64,000 nucleotides of DNA from Hormiphora californensis (taxonomy: Eukaryota; Animalia; Ctenophora). The translations under genes and the position numbers were made by a program. Positions 31,201 to 42,885 of this stretch are shown here, in pieces. The notes under the pieces were generated by a model, which did not search any database, was not told the origin of the DNA, and saw nothing but the letters and a program-made list of their open reading frames with translations. Positions within the stretch are counted from its first letter, which is position 1. Every line of letters begins with the position of its first letter. The DNA lies in NCBI GenBank assembly GCA_020137815.1, contig CM035352.1:8680001-8744000 (forward strand). The letters run 5' to 3'.

Positions 31201-34200
31201 AGTGCACACCCGGACGGCTACCCACCGCTCTCATTACCATGTGTTGGCCAGTTTAGGATCAGTTACCCCCAACCCACCCTTTATATAACAGTTGTTTAAT
31301 CGCACTGTCTGGGGGAGAACTGTGTTAAATACCATGTTACTGGAGACTACTGACTAGCACATGAGAAGGTTGATTAGACTCTTGTTAGAATACAACGTTT
31401 GTTTCTATCAGAGATTGATGGTACCGTAATCTGGGGTAACTTTGGTTTGCAGGGTAACTTTGGACACTTTCAAAATTTGGCTTTACTCCAAAATTACCAA
31501 CAGATAACGAGAGATTTGGAAAAAAATTTTGGTGTACAAGTAACTGACCCACAAATGTCTAACTAATGGTACAATTATTTTTTCCAAGTCTATGCTAATT
31601 ATCTCCTAATTAGGGTCAAACATAATTGAAGTCAAATTCGCTAAAAATGTTCAAATCAAAATGGGTACCATAGATCTGACCGGGCAAATGACCGAATCAA
31701 GTTTGCTCTATAGAGTGGAAGGGTTTCGATCAAATAATTCGGGGCACCATTTTTCAAACCCGATCAATTACTTTAATTGAGACTAATTGGGGTGGCTAAT
31801 GTTACCCCGCCATATTTTGAATTTTGGGGTAACTTTGGACGGGGTGCCAAAGTTACCCCACACTACAGGTTTTGATCTTTTGATGTCGTCAGAGTTGCCT
31901 TAAACCCTCTCTGACTTGTTTAGAATCATTTGACCAAGATTCAGCCCGATTTATGCCCATTTTCATTTATCTATTCGCTAGGGTAGTGAATAAACCAGAA
32001 AATGTGTTCTACTTTATGGAGCTAAATCACAGAAATCCGACCTGAAACCCATCAAACTTCAATAATTTGGGGTCACTCTTCCATCCTGTAGCTTGGTAGA
32101 TGGTATTGACCCTCTATCATAGAGTCTATGTGAGTGTATTAGTTCTTGTGGACAATCTATGCAGGAACACAGGCAGCAAAACTCCTTTATTTAGCCAGTA
32201 CCCATATTAGTGGACAAATTGCTGGCGGTCAAATTCAGTAAAAAGAACTAATACTGTCGCCTAGGGAGCCAATACCACCTACCAAGCTACTGCAGGGTGG
32301 ATGAGGGACTCCAAATTACTGAAGTTTGATGGGTTTCAGGCCGGTTGTTTGTGATTTAGCTCCATAAAATAGACCAAATCCTTGTTTATTCACTACCCTA
32401 TAGGATAGATGGATGAAAACGGGCGTGGATTGGGCTGAATTTTGGTCATATGGTCCTAAACAAGTCAGAGAGGGTCTAAGGCAACTCTACAAACGCTCAT
32501 ATCGAAAACCTAAACATTTAATGTTCATTTATTTGTCATTGCAAAATGTGTCCAAAGTTACCCCACCCCGATTCCAAAGTTACCCCATGCCCTAAAACTC
32601 CACTTACACTAAAGTACACGTTAATTAATGTAATTAAATGAAAGGGGGCCAAAAATTTCACTAGTTATATCTGGTGTACTGGGTCTGGAACGGGATTATT
32701 TGGTTCAAAAATTTTCGAGTGTGGTTCTGGCAAGGAGTTATTTTAGGAGAATGCTAAAAAGTGGTACAAAGTTACCCCAACTTACGGTATAAGACTACGA
32801 TCAATCTGCTGATAGTGTGAAGCAATATGTGCCTAATCGAGATGAATCTGGCCGAGATCCCTGCTGTACGGCTTGTAAACAGGGTATCGGAGCTGGAGGG
32901 TTCCGTACAGTTGTAACACTAGTTAGCAGAAATGAGATGCAGCGGCGGCCGTCCAACCCCAATTCGAATTGTCATATTGTACCGGTGTTAGTGCACACCC
33001 GGACGGCTACCCACCGCTCTCATTACCATGTGTTGGCCAGTTTAGGATCAGTTACCCCCAACCCACCCTTTATATAACAGTTGTTTAATCGCACTGTCTG
33101 GGGGAGAACTGTGTTAAATACCATGTTACTGGAGCCTACTGACTAGCACATGAGAAGGTTGATTAGACTCTTGTTAGAATACAACGTTTGTTTCTATCAG
33201 AGATTCATGGTATAAGACTACGATCAATCTGCTGATAGTGTGAAGCAATATGTGCCTAATCGAGATGAATCTGGCCGAGATCCCTGCTGTACGGCTTGTA
33301 AACAGGGTATCGGAGCTGGAGGGTTCCGTACAGTTGTAACACTAGTTAGCAGAAATGAGATGCAGCGGCGGCCGTCCAACCCCAATTCGAATTGTCATAT
33401 TGTACCGGTGTTAGTGCACACCCGGACGGCTACCCACCGCTCTCATTACCATGTGTTGGCCAGTTTAGGATCAGTTACCCCCAACCCACCCTTTATATAA
33501 CAGTTGTTTAATCGCACTGTCTGGGGGAGAACTGTGTTAAATACCATGTTACTGGAGCCTACTGACTAGCACATGAGAAGGTTGATTAGACTCTTGTTAG
33601 AATACAACGTTTGTTTCTATCAGAGATTCATGGTATAAGACTACGATCAATCTGCTGATAGTGTGAAGCAATATGTGCCTAATCGAGATGAATCTGGCCG
33701 AGATCCCTGCTGTACGGCTTGTAAACAGGGTATCGGAGCTGGAGGGTTCCGTACAGTTGTAACACTAGTTAGCAGAAATGAGATGCAGCGGCGGCCGTCC
33801 AACCCCAATTCGAATTGTCATATTGTACCGGTGTTAGTGCACACCCGGACGGCTACCCACCGCTCTCATTACCATGTGTTGGCCAGTTTAGGATCAGTTA
33901 CCCCCAACCCACCCTTTATATAACAGTTGTTTAATCGCACTGTCTGGGGGAGAACTGTGTTAAATACCATGTTACTGGAGCCTACTGACTAGCACATGAG
34001 AAGGTTGATTAGACTCTTGTTAGAATACAACGTTTGTTTCTATCAGAGATTCATGGTATAAGACTACGATCAATCTGCTGATAGTGTGAAGCAATATGTG
34101 CCTAATCGAGATGAATCTGGCCGAGATCCCTGCTGTACGGCTTGTAAACAGGGTATCGGAGCTGGAGGGTTCCGTACAGTTGTAACACTAGTTAGCAGAA

Positions 34201-37200
34201 ATGAGATGCAGCGGCGGCCGTCCAACCCCAATTCGAATTGTCATATTGTACCGGTGTTAGTGCACACCCGGACGGCTACCCACCGCTCTCATTACCATGT
34301 GTTGGCCAGTTTAGGATCAGTTACCCCCAACCCACCCTTTATATAACAGTTGTTTAATCGCACTGTCTGGGGGAGAACTGTGTTAAATACCATGTTACTG
34401 GAGCCTACTGACTAGCACATGAGAAGGTTGATTAGACTCTTGTTAGAATACAACGTTTGTTTCTATCAGAGATTCATGGTATAAGACTACGATCAATCTG
34501 CTGATAGTGTGAAGCAATATGTGCCTAATCGAGATGAATCTGGCCGAGATCCCTGCTGTACGGCTTGTAAACAGGGTATCGGAGCTGGAGGGTTCCGTAC
34601 AGTTGTAACACTAGTTAGCAGAAATGAGATGCAGCGGCGGCCGTCCAACCCCAATTCGAATTGTCATATTGTACCGGTGTTAGTGCACACCCGGACGGCT
34701 ACCCACCGCTCTCATTACCATGTGTTGGCCAGTTTAGGATCAGTTACCCCCAACCCACCCTTTATATAACAGTTGTTTAATCGCACTGTCTGGGGGAGAA
34801 CTGTGTTAAATACCATGTTACTGGAGCCTACTGACTAGCACATGAGAAGGTTGATTAGACTCTTGTTAGAATACAACGTTTGTTTCTATCAGAGATTCAT
34901 GGTATAAGACTACGATCAATCTGCTGATAGTGTGAAGCAATATGTGCCTAATCGAGATGAATCTGGCCGAGATCCCTGCTGTACGGCTTGTAAACAGGGT
35001 ATCGGAGCTGGAGGGTTCCGTACAGTTGTAACACTAGTTAGCAGAAATGAGATGCAGCGGCGGCCGTCCAACCCCAATTCGAATTGTCATATTGTACCGG
35101 TGTTAGTGCACACCCGGACGGCTACCCACCGCTCTCATTACCATGTGTTGGCCAGTTTAGGATCAGTTACCCCCAACCCACCCTTTATATAACAGTTGTT
35201 TAATCGCACTGTCTGGGGGAGAACTGTGTTAAATACCATGTTACTGGAGCCTACTGACTAGCACATGAGAAGGTTGATTAGACTCTTGTTAGAATACAAC
35301 GTTTGTTTCTATCAGAGATTCATGGTATAAGACTACGATCAATCTGCTGATAGTGTGAAGCAATATGTGCCTAATCGAGATGAATCTGGCCGAGATCCCT
35401 GCTGTACGGCTTGTAAACAGGGTATCGGAGCTGGAGGGTTCCGTACAGTTGTAACACTAGTTAGCAGAAATGAGATGCAGCGGCGGCCGTCCAACCCCAA
35501 TTCGAATTGTCATATTGTACCGGTGTTAGTGCACACCCGGACGGCTACCCACCGCTCTCATTACCATGTGTTGGCCAGTTTAGGATCAGTTACCCCCAAC
35601 CCACCCTTTATATAACAGTTGTTTAATCGCACTGTCTGGGGGAGAACTGTGTTAAATACCATGTTACTGGAGCCTACTGACTAGCACATGAGAAGGTTGA
35701 TTAGACTCTTGTTAGAATACAACGTTTGTTTCTATCAGAGATTCATGGTATAAGACTACGATCAATCTGCTGATAGTGTGAAGCAATATGTGCCTAATCG
35801 AGATGAATCTGGCCGAGATCCCTGCTGTACGGCTTGTAAACAGGGTATCGGAGCTGGAGGGTTCCGTACAGTTGTAACACTAGTTAGCAGAAATGAGATG
35901 CAGCGGCGGCCGTCCAACCCCAATTCGAATAGGGTAGCGACTGGCTATTTGAAACGCCTGCTAACTTGAAACAGTGTCTGATAACTTGAAACACGTGCTC
36001 TGGTTATTTGAAACAAATGCGCGTTATTTGCTCTCTGATTGGTGTCGTGTGTGTGCTGTAGCACAGTGAAGAGAGTCTGGTAACTTGAAACACTGAGGAG
36101 GGCTATTTGAAACAATTTTCTCCGATTGGATTGTCGAAATTTTTGTTGTTCAATATGAGCATGAGGCAGGATATAAACTATGATTTGAGTCATTTCCGCC
36201 AAAAGTTGGCCGAATATGAGGCAAAAACTGTTTTCCTGCTAATTTGAAACAGTTTTTGGAAAAGGTCATTGCACCAAGCACGTTCAACAAAATTCAGATT
36301 TCAGACATGGAATGGCTCTGCACAACCCTTTTCTAACTATTCAATGTCAAAAATTTTGGTTTCGTGGAGAAATTGAGGGAGATACGGGTGTTTCAAATTA
36401 GCAGACCGAGGCGGGTAAATTGAAACACCAAATTTGGATAGATATCACGTGACCCCGACCCCGGAAGACAAAATGTGACATCTCCAACCACCCAAAAAAC
36501 TACCCAGGGACTGTCTCGGTAACACAAGGTCAAAAAAATTTGGGTTCGACTTGATTTGTGGGCAGGCAAGGGAAAAAAGTGAAAAACTGTTTCAAATAGC
36601 CAGTCGCTACCCTATGTCACGTGGTGACTATATTTGGGTATGTATGTCACGTGGTGACCATATTTGGGTATGTATATCACGTGATCAAATAAACTGCACA
36701 CGTGATATGAAGCCAACTTACAGTTTCAAAGGATTGCTTGATTTCCTCAATGTTGGTAAGGTCCTTCTCAAATGAGACGTAGGATAATGTGAACACTCTG
36801 CTGTAACCTAGAGAGGAATATAATTATAGTTGCCTTACTCGACCCCCTGACATTTTAAAGTGAGAGGTGCACGAAAACGAAAGTTGGAATAATTACTAAA
36901 CAAATTGTGTGTAACATTCATTGGTGTCCAATTAAAAGTTTGGTGAAAAGACGACATCCCAATGTTGTGTTTGAAATTCATTGATAACTAGGAACGTGCA
37001 TGCACGTGCAAGCTTCAAACACAAGTTAGAAGCATGGGACCTTCACTAAAGTGTTCCTTGGATCAAAATAAACAAGTTGGATCCTGTGTCCATTATCGGT
37101 GTACCCCCAGTTGAAGGTCAAGTCTCCACCAACACCAAATATAGGATCATCTCCAAGATGTTCTCTGCCTCATCCGCTACCTCTTCTTGGATGGGTCCCC

Positions 37201-38906
37201 CACTGGTAACAACCCACCCATGATCCACCTTCCCATCCACCAACAAAGCCCATAACATGGCCATTGGCCATCCACAGGGTTCATACTGTTATGTTCTAAC
37301 CCTCCCTTTACAGAATCAATAAGTTGACCAATCGCCAATCGGCTGTTTTCGAGTCGCTTAGTTCTGATACAATGAAATAGTGTTTATTTAGGACTGCAGA
37401 CGACTCGAAGATTTTATTTCAGGAAAAGATAATCGGGACGGTTTCGACGTGTAACGTCATCATCAGCTCAAAATGAGCATGAAACACAGTCTAGCTAGGC
37501 AAGGTCCAGATTCATGGCCAGTTGCCATACAGGGTTGAAGGGGGCCGCGGCAGAAGCCACCACCAATACAAACACTAGGCAGAGTATCTTCATCATCGGT
37601 TGCTGATTGCTGGTCAGAGAGCTGGTGCGAGAGCACGAACACAGTGTCAGGCGACTCAATTAGGCGACTCTGATTAGCAAATATTTATAGTTGGGAATAA
37701 TATTACTGTGCCGTCTCTTGAAGATGACGCCTAACCGCGTAAAAAAGGGGGGGGGGCCAGCTGTCAAGTACAGGCAAAGGATCGAGTAGGTCGGACCAAT
37801 CATAGTATTGATGAGGGAGCTGTCACGTGATGGGGTTGATCGCCCAGACAGGATATCTATAGCCTGAGTTTAATAGCTATACGGGCTACTAAACCTCTAG
37901 TGAGATAAACCTATCTCTGTGCAGGCTACGAGGCATGTCACTCGGCATACAGAGTATAATTATATTCTAACTTAGTATAATATTCAAGTATTGCTGAGCC
38001 GCCCCCCGTGCAGAAGAGCATTACACAGATCACCACATAGAGATGATTTAAAATTAAAATAACCTGTATAATATATTATCCTAACAGAGCAGTTTAGGAG
38101 GGGGTAGAGAGAGACGCGTGTCAGGCACCCTCTACTAATTATTAACTAACCTCGGGCGTATCTATCATGGAGGTTGAAGTAGTGAACAACTGCGTAGATC
38201 TTCCACTTGGTACAATTGTAAACTAGGGTAGTATCAGCTGGGTTGAAGGTGGGAACACCTGCGTGACTTCCCGTGTAGTCCACTGACATGACCTGGACTG
38301 AGGGGGGATATTGTAATGAGAGCAGGAGAGCTGCTGCTTTAGTAATCTGGACTGGGGGAGATATTGTAATGAGAGCTGCTGCTTTAATAACCTTGATTGA
38401 GGGGCAGGGGATAATGGATATGATATATTTTATGAACAATTATGACTTTTTCGGAGCTATGGCCTCATAATTTATGGACCACCCTGCATATGAAAGTTAC
38501 TACAGGTGCAGCAAATCACCCCTTATACTTGCTACCACGCATCATAGCGCTGGCAAGCGCCCGGGGCCATTATTTACCTATGAAGTTGTTGATAATCTCC
38601 CTCCGTTTCTCATCCACCCCCTCAGGTATGATCCTGATTGCCTCAGGTCCAGTCAGCTCACTGAACTCGGCCAGCACTGTTATGGGGTTAATGTCTCCAC
38701 CCGTGGTAGGGACACGTGGGTTGCTGGCCTGAGAGAGGAACATTAGAAGGAGAAGTACATACTGTGAGAGAAGCATGAGTGATGTGTAGATATATATTGG
38801 GAGGGGGGTGAGGTGCTGTAATAGTGGCCGTGTATTGCTCAATTGGTGTGCAGGGTACCTGACGGATTCTATCCATTATATTGGGCAGCACTATACTGGG
38901 TAACAT
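25261..38906 (-). CDS. SMCR8: SMCR8 (folliculin-family longin/DENN protein, C9orf72 complex partner)
   Basis: Spliced exons give VLAEFSELTGPEAIRIIP, VMSVDY, YAVVHYFNLHDRYARGYSRVFTLSYVS, resembling SMCR8 motifs ISEFSEQVGP / IMSVDY / HHLTLYDLEARGFVRPFCMAYIS. Exons near 38906-38859, 38729-38578, 38297-38150, 36807-36722, 28556-28464, 28267-28161, 28025-27921, then several down to the stop at 25261; 3' exon boundaries approximate. Confidence 0.85.
27196..27782. mobile_element. Tc1/mariner-pogo type MITE
   Basis: CAGTCGGACCCCGATTTA TIRs, TA TSD, internal inverted repeats; partial re-duplication at ~27820-27860. Confidence 0.85.
28330..28468. repeat. 34-bp tandem repeat x4
   Basis: ATGCCCATATATGGCGTTACTCAGCTTCTACCTT-like units. 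Confidence 0.85.
28615..35930. repeat. 423-bp tandem array in two inverted arms (~6 + ~8 copies) within an SMCR8 intron
   Basis: 423-bp period; inversion junction at 31133-31134; flanked by direct repeat TAGGGTAGCGACT(G) at 28602-28615 and 35930-35943. Confidence 0.95.
31424..32787. mobile_element. Non-autonomous Tc1/mariner-pogo type element inserted in one 423-bp unit
   Basis: TIRs CCGTAATCTGGGGTAACTTTG / CAAAGTTACCCCAACTTACGG, TA TSD; uninterrupted units show the empty site ATGGTATAAG. Confidence 0.9.
35932..36612. mobile_element. MITE with TA TSD whose left end was the target of the 423-bp array
   Basis: TIRs GGGTAGCGACTGGCTATTTGAAAC / GTTTCAAATAGCCAGTCGCTACCC; sits in a ~30-bp tandem repeat (TATCACGTGGTGACCATATTTGGGTATG) seen on both sides of the composite. 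Confidence 0.85.
37307..37480 (-). mobile_element. Truncated Penelope-like pLTR fragment with a hammerhead ribozyme-like core
   Basis: Minus strand CTGATGA-T-GACGT(TAC)ACGTC-GAAAC-C-GTC then AATAAA; splits a motif that is contiguous at 6859-6891; helix I does not pair. Confidence 0.5.
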
Positions 38907-39058
38907 ATCTCGAAATGAATAGTAAACACAGTACAATTACGTTAACGTCCCTTACAGAGAGAGCCAGTCGAGGTGCAAGAATTGTGAGAAATGAATCACT
39001 CAAGCTCAGTTCAAAAGGCAAAAACAGTGTAACATTGATAAGCAAGAGTTGTAAGTGT

Positions 39059-42000
39059 TTATATTTCTGTTATCTCAGTGACATGAAATACTAGGGCAGC
39101 TGCTATACCATAAAGTTGGGATAGTGTTTCACTTGAAGTAGTCATTACATTGTAGTGGCTGTACAATGATCTACTGTAGTTGATGAATTTAATGGAAAAC
39201 TGCACGGATACAAACTTAAAAGTCTATGTTATTAAAATCAGAGATACATACAGTCGGACCCCGATTTACCGGGATGCTCAGGGGAAAGGGTTTTGCCCGG
39301 TAAATCGGGGTGTCCGCTAAATCGGGGCAAAATACCGTCAATATCCTATATCGGGGGAAGATTATCCCCCCGGTAAATCGGGGTTCCGGTAAATCGGGGT
39401 CCGGTAAATCGGGGTCTGACTGTATTATAATTCGCTCCTTACCTTGGTTGATCAACATCGTTCTGTGAAAATGGGACTTGCCACCCAAAATTAGCTAAAA
39501 CAGGAATTACCTTGGTTTGTGAAGGTCCTTCAATGAAAGCAGGGACATCACTTGCTATGTCCCCATATATCATTTCACTATAAAATATTACACCGGTGTG
39601 TTGTACATTTCAGGTTAAAAGTATCTGGTTCATCTGAACTCAATTGCAATTGACAATTGATTGTCACTTACAATGCAGTGAGACTGATCAGAGATCTTGA
39701 CGAATTCTTAAATTAAAACAAAAGCATTCATATTATAACAGAATATTACCTCACAAAATAATAACAAAAACTACAAATTACGAAACTCATTATCAATACT
39801 AAACTCATTATCATGTTTAAAAGCTAATTTATTTTACTTATCCCTCAGTTAAATAGACACAACAAAAAGATATATATCGGGGGCTACAAACTGCGAACCA
39901 GGAAAGGGTTACCATGGTAACCAACAGATAGTAGTTCCCCTCACCGCCATCCATGTCCAGATCTATCGCCCGGATCCCATCCATGTGCCGACTCATCTTT
40001 TGGACTGGATGTGGGGAGGAAACATTGTGTTATTTTGACTTGCACACGGCCCCACTTAAGGGTACACCTGGCGTTTTTCATCATCGAGTGCCCAACCAAA
40101 TGACTTCACCAGGGTTTAGGCCATACAAAATGGACCTCAAATATGCAATTTTAGCCCTAAAGTCGAATTCATATTTTTGCTACAGCCTATTTTCAAAGTG
40201 GCGTTTTTTCAATTTTTGTTGAAATTTTTAACCTCAGGACCACTTTTTTTGAGATAGAAACATTAAATTCTTGGAATTTGAAGAGAATATAAAGGTGAAT
40301 AAGCCCAAAGAAGGATTTCTGAAATGGAGCTTATTTCTGGCCATGAGAACGGTTTACTTTTTTGCTTCTTTGACACGCTGGCTGAGAATGTTCCCATGCT
40401 TCATTAGAGATGAAAATCTGGAAATAGTTGCTCAAAACGATTATCTATGTGGCCCAAAAATTTTGGAACTTTCCCGCCAAAGATGTGGTGTGCAGAGCTT
40501 TTTTTGTGAAACCTGTCTTTTTGAAAAAGAGGGAAATTCCCTGTATCTCAAAAACGGATGATCGTAGAGACCTGGGACCAAGCTTAATCGATTCAGAAGG
40601 TCCGATTTTGGGGGGGTCTTCTGAGAGACATTTTGCTCCTACTCCAACCGATTTTGCTGTAACTGCAAAAAACCAATTCTATGAAAAGGGGAAACAACTC
40701 TATTCCAGTAGCATGCTTCGGGCTGATTTCCCCCTTACTTGCTGATACCTTTTTCGCAATTACAGCAAAAACGGTTGGAGTAGGAGCAAAATGTCTCTCA
40801 GAAGACCCCCCCAAAATCGGACCTTCTGAATCGATTAAGCTTGGTCCCAGGTCTCTACGATCATCCGTTTTTGAGATACAGGGAATTTCCCTCTTTTTCA
40901 AAAAGACAGGTTTCACAAAAAAAGCTCTGTACACCACATCTTTGGCGGGAAAGTTCCAAAATTTTTGGGCCACATAGATAATCGTTTTGAGCAACTATTT
41001 CCAGATTTTCATCTCTAATGAAGCATGGGAACATTCTCAGCCAGCGTGTCAAAGAAGCAAAAAAGTAAACCGTTCTCATGGCCAGAAATAAGCTCCATTT
41101 CAAAAATCCTTCTTTGGGCTTATTCACCTTTATATTCTCTTCAAATTCCAAGAATTTAATGTTTCTATCTCAAAAAAAGTGGTCCTGAAGTTAAAAATTT
41201 CAACAAAAATTGAAAAAACGCCACTTTGAAAATAAGCTGTAGCAAAAATATGAATTCGACTTTAGGGCTAAAATTGCATATTTGAGGTCCATTTTGTATG
41301 GCCTAAACCCTGGTGAAGTCATTTGGTTGGGCACTCGATGATGAAAAACGCCAGGTGTACCCTTAAATCTGAGTAGTGGTCAGATTTATCACGCGAGAGA
41401 GAATCTGAACAAGCTGCAATATAGTTTCTGAGAACCTAGTATAGTAGTATACATTTAATGATATACTTTACCTTGGCCATCCATGTCCGGGCACGTTATC
41501 CCCGACCCTGCTGACACGGGGAGCAGCATGGGGAGAGTTGGTGTAGGGAGGTGGTCTATTAGTTGAAGGGATGTCATCAGGGACCACCGCGTTAGATCGG
41601 ACAAAGTAACACGTCTTCCGGCACTTTCTACACACTTGGGCAGGTTCCTGATGAATTAGGATTCTTTTTCACAAATTGAACTTCAAAAAGAGAGAGCATG
41701 AATAAGTCTGATTTGTTTGTTTCTAAGGACGTAAGTGTGAGAGTCTGAAAAATGTGTTACCTTGACGGATAAGAAGAAGCCAGTTTTAACTCGACATGTG
41801 GTTGCTATGGTTACTATGGTTACCAGGGTATTGGTTACCATGGTTACTATGATTTCAATATGTTACCTTGACTGATGAGAAGAAGCCAGTTTTAACTCGA
41901 CATGTGGTGACCTGGTGGGGTCCTATATCAAAACACTCTGGACAACTAGCAGAACCCATCACGGGGAATGCCCTGTTCTTGGGGATCTCCACCTGTAGTG

Positions 42001-42885
42001 GACAGGGATTTGTTAATGAGAGAGGAGTAAGAGACTTCGTTAGGATTTGAAATATGCTGGTACAAACTCGATATAAAGTGAAGACTGAATCTGTTTGTAT
42101 GGTATTCTCTGACCACTCTCTCTTTCTCCCTCCTACGCACCTTCATAAGTGATGGATTAACACGACTGAATTTAGCTCCGGGGTACTGACGAGAAAACTC
42201 TATCTTCCAAAGTTCGTAGGGGTTACCACCGCTACTACCAGCTACCGGCTGCTGTTAGGGATGGTAGAATTATTCCAAACAATTGTCTAAAGACAGGAGT
42301 GAAACTTGTGACATCTAATCCGGCCTATCCTCCTAATTAAGCGAATTACCTGGGGATGTGGATGGGAAGGTCCAGGATACTCATAGCTGGGATACTGTGG
42401 AGGTTGTGTGTTGCTGTGGTTACCATGATATTGGTTGCTATGGTTACCGGGGTATTGGGGAGGTTGGTCGGGGTTACTGTTCAGTGACCAGTTGATTCCT
42501 TTCGTACCAGCACCTACAAAAGATAATTCTATTCGACAACTTGTTTCAGACTTCTGGCGGCGTTTTGATTATCAAATCTGCGCTCAGATCGGGTCTACAG
42601 ACAATAAAATATCATGATCACCTGGTGCTATGTCATCCTTTACTGGAGCAGATGCAGAAGAAGAGTGGTCGGTATTCAGTGACCAATCAATACCCTTTGA
42701 ACCTGAACCTAGGAAACGGTCAGAGGATATTGTTAGCAGCGTCCTTGGGCACGTGGGATTGAGGAACCTATAACATATACCATCTCTTCTATCAAAGATA
42801 GAGAACAGATACCTGGTACAGAAGAATCAGGATCAGGGGCTGAAGGAGGGGCTGAAGGTGGTGGAGGAGCCGGTCTCTTGCTCAT
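39059..42885 (-). CDS. Unknown proline-rich protein with a CxxC...CxxC putative zinc site
   Basis: In-phase exons: MSKRPAPPPPSAPP, GIDWSLN, GINWSLN...PQYP, NPYELWKIEF, SCPECFDIGPHQVTTC, VCRKCRKTC, HGW repeats; the 3' end is tentative. Confidence 0.6.
39251..39422. mobile_element. Tc1/mariner-pogo type MITE
   Basis: CAGTCGGACCCCGATTTACC TIRs, TA TSD. Confidence 0.85.
40060..41362. mobile_element. Palindromic non-autonomous Kolobok-like DNA transposon
   Basis: ~610-bp near-perfect inverted arms, GG...CC termini, TTAA TSD. Confidence 0.85.

Noticed and set aside
33180-33620. Hammerhead, twister, pistol, hatchet, hairpin or HDV ribozyme in the unit
   Set aside because: Only partial word matches (GAAACAAACGTTGTA, TTACAAGCC, GTTAAATACCATGT); the required partner motifs are missing
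28615-35930. Array as CRISPR, 5S rRNA, snRNA or SL RNA gene cluster
   Set aside because: No variable spacers; no 5S, snRNA or SL exon-GT-Sm pattern recognised
28576-35969. Repeated 86-aa ORF MKQYVPNRD...
   Set aside because: Starts at GTG, has no recognisable domain and has stops on both sides, so it is not an endless frame even though 423 is divisible by 3
40271-41151. Mirror-image ORFs on both strands (also 8016-8258 / 11074-11277)
   Set aside because: Consequence of palindromic transposon arms; non-ATG starts and no transposase motifs
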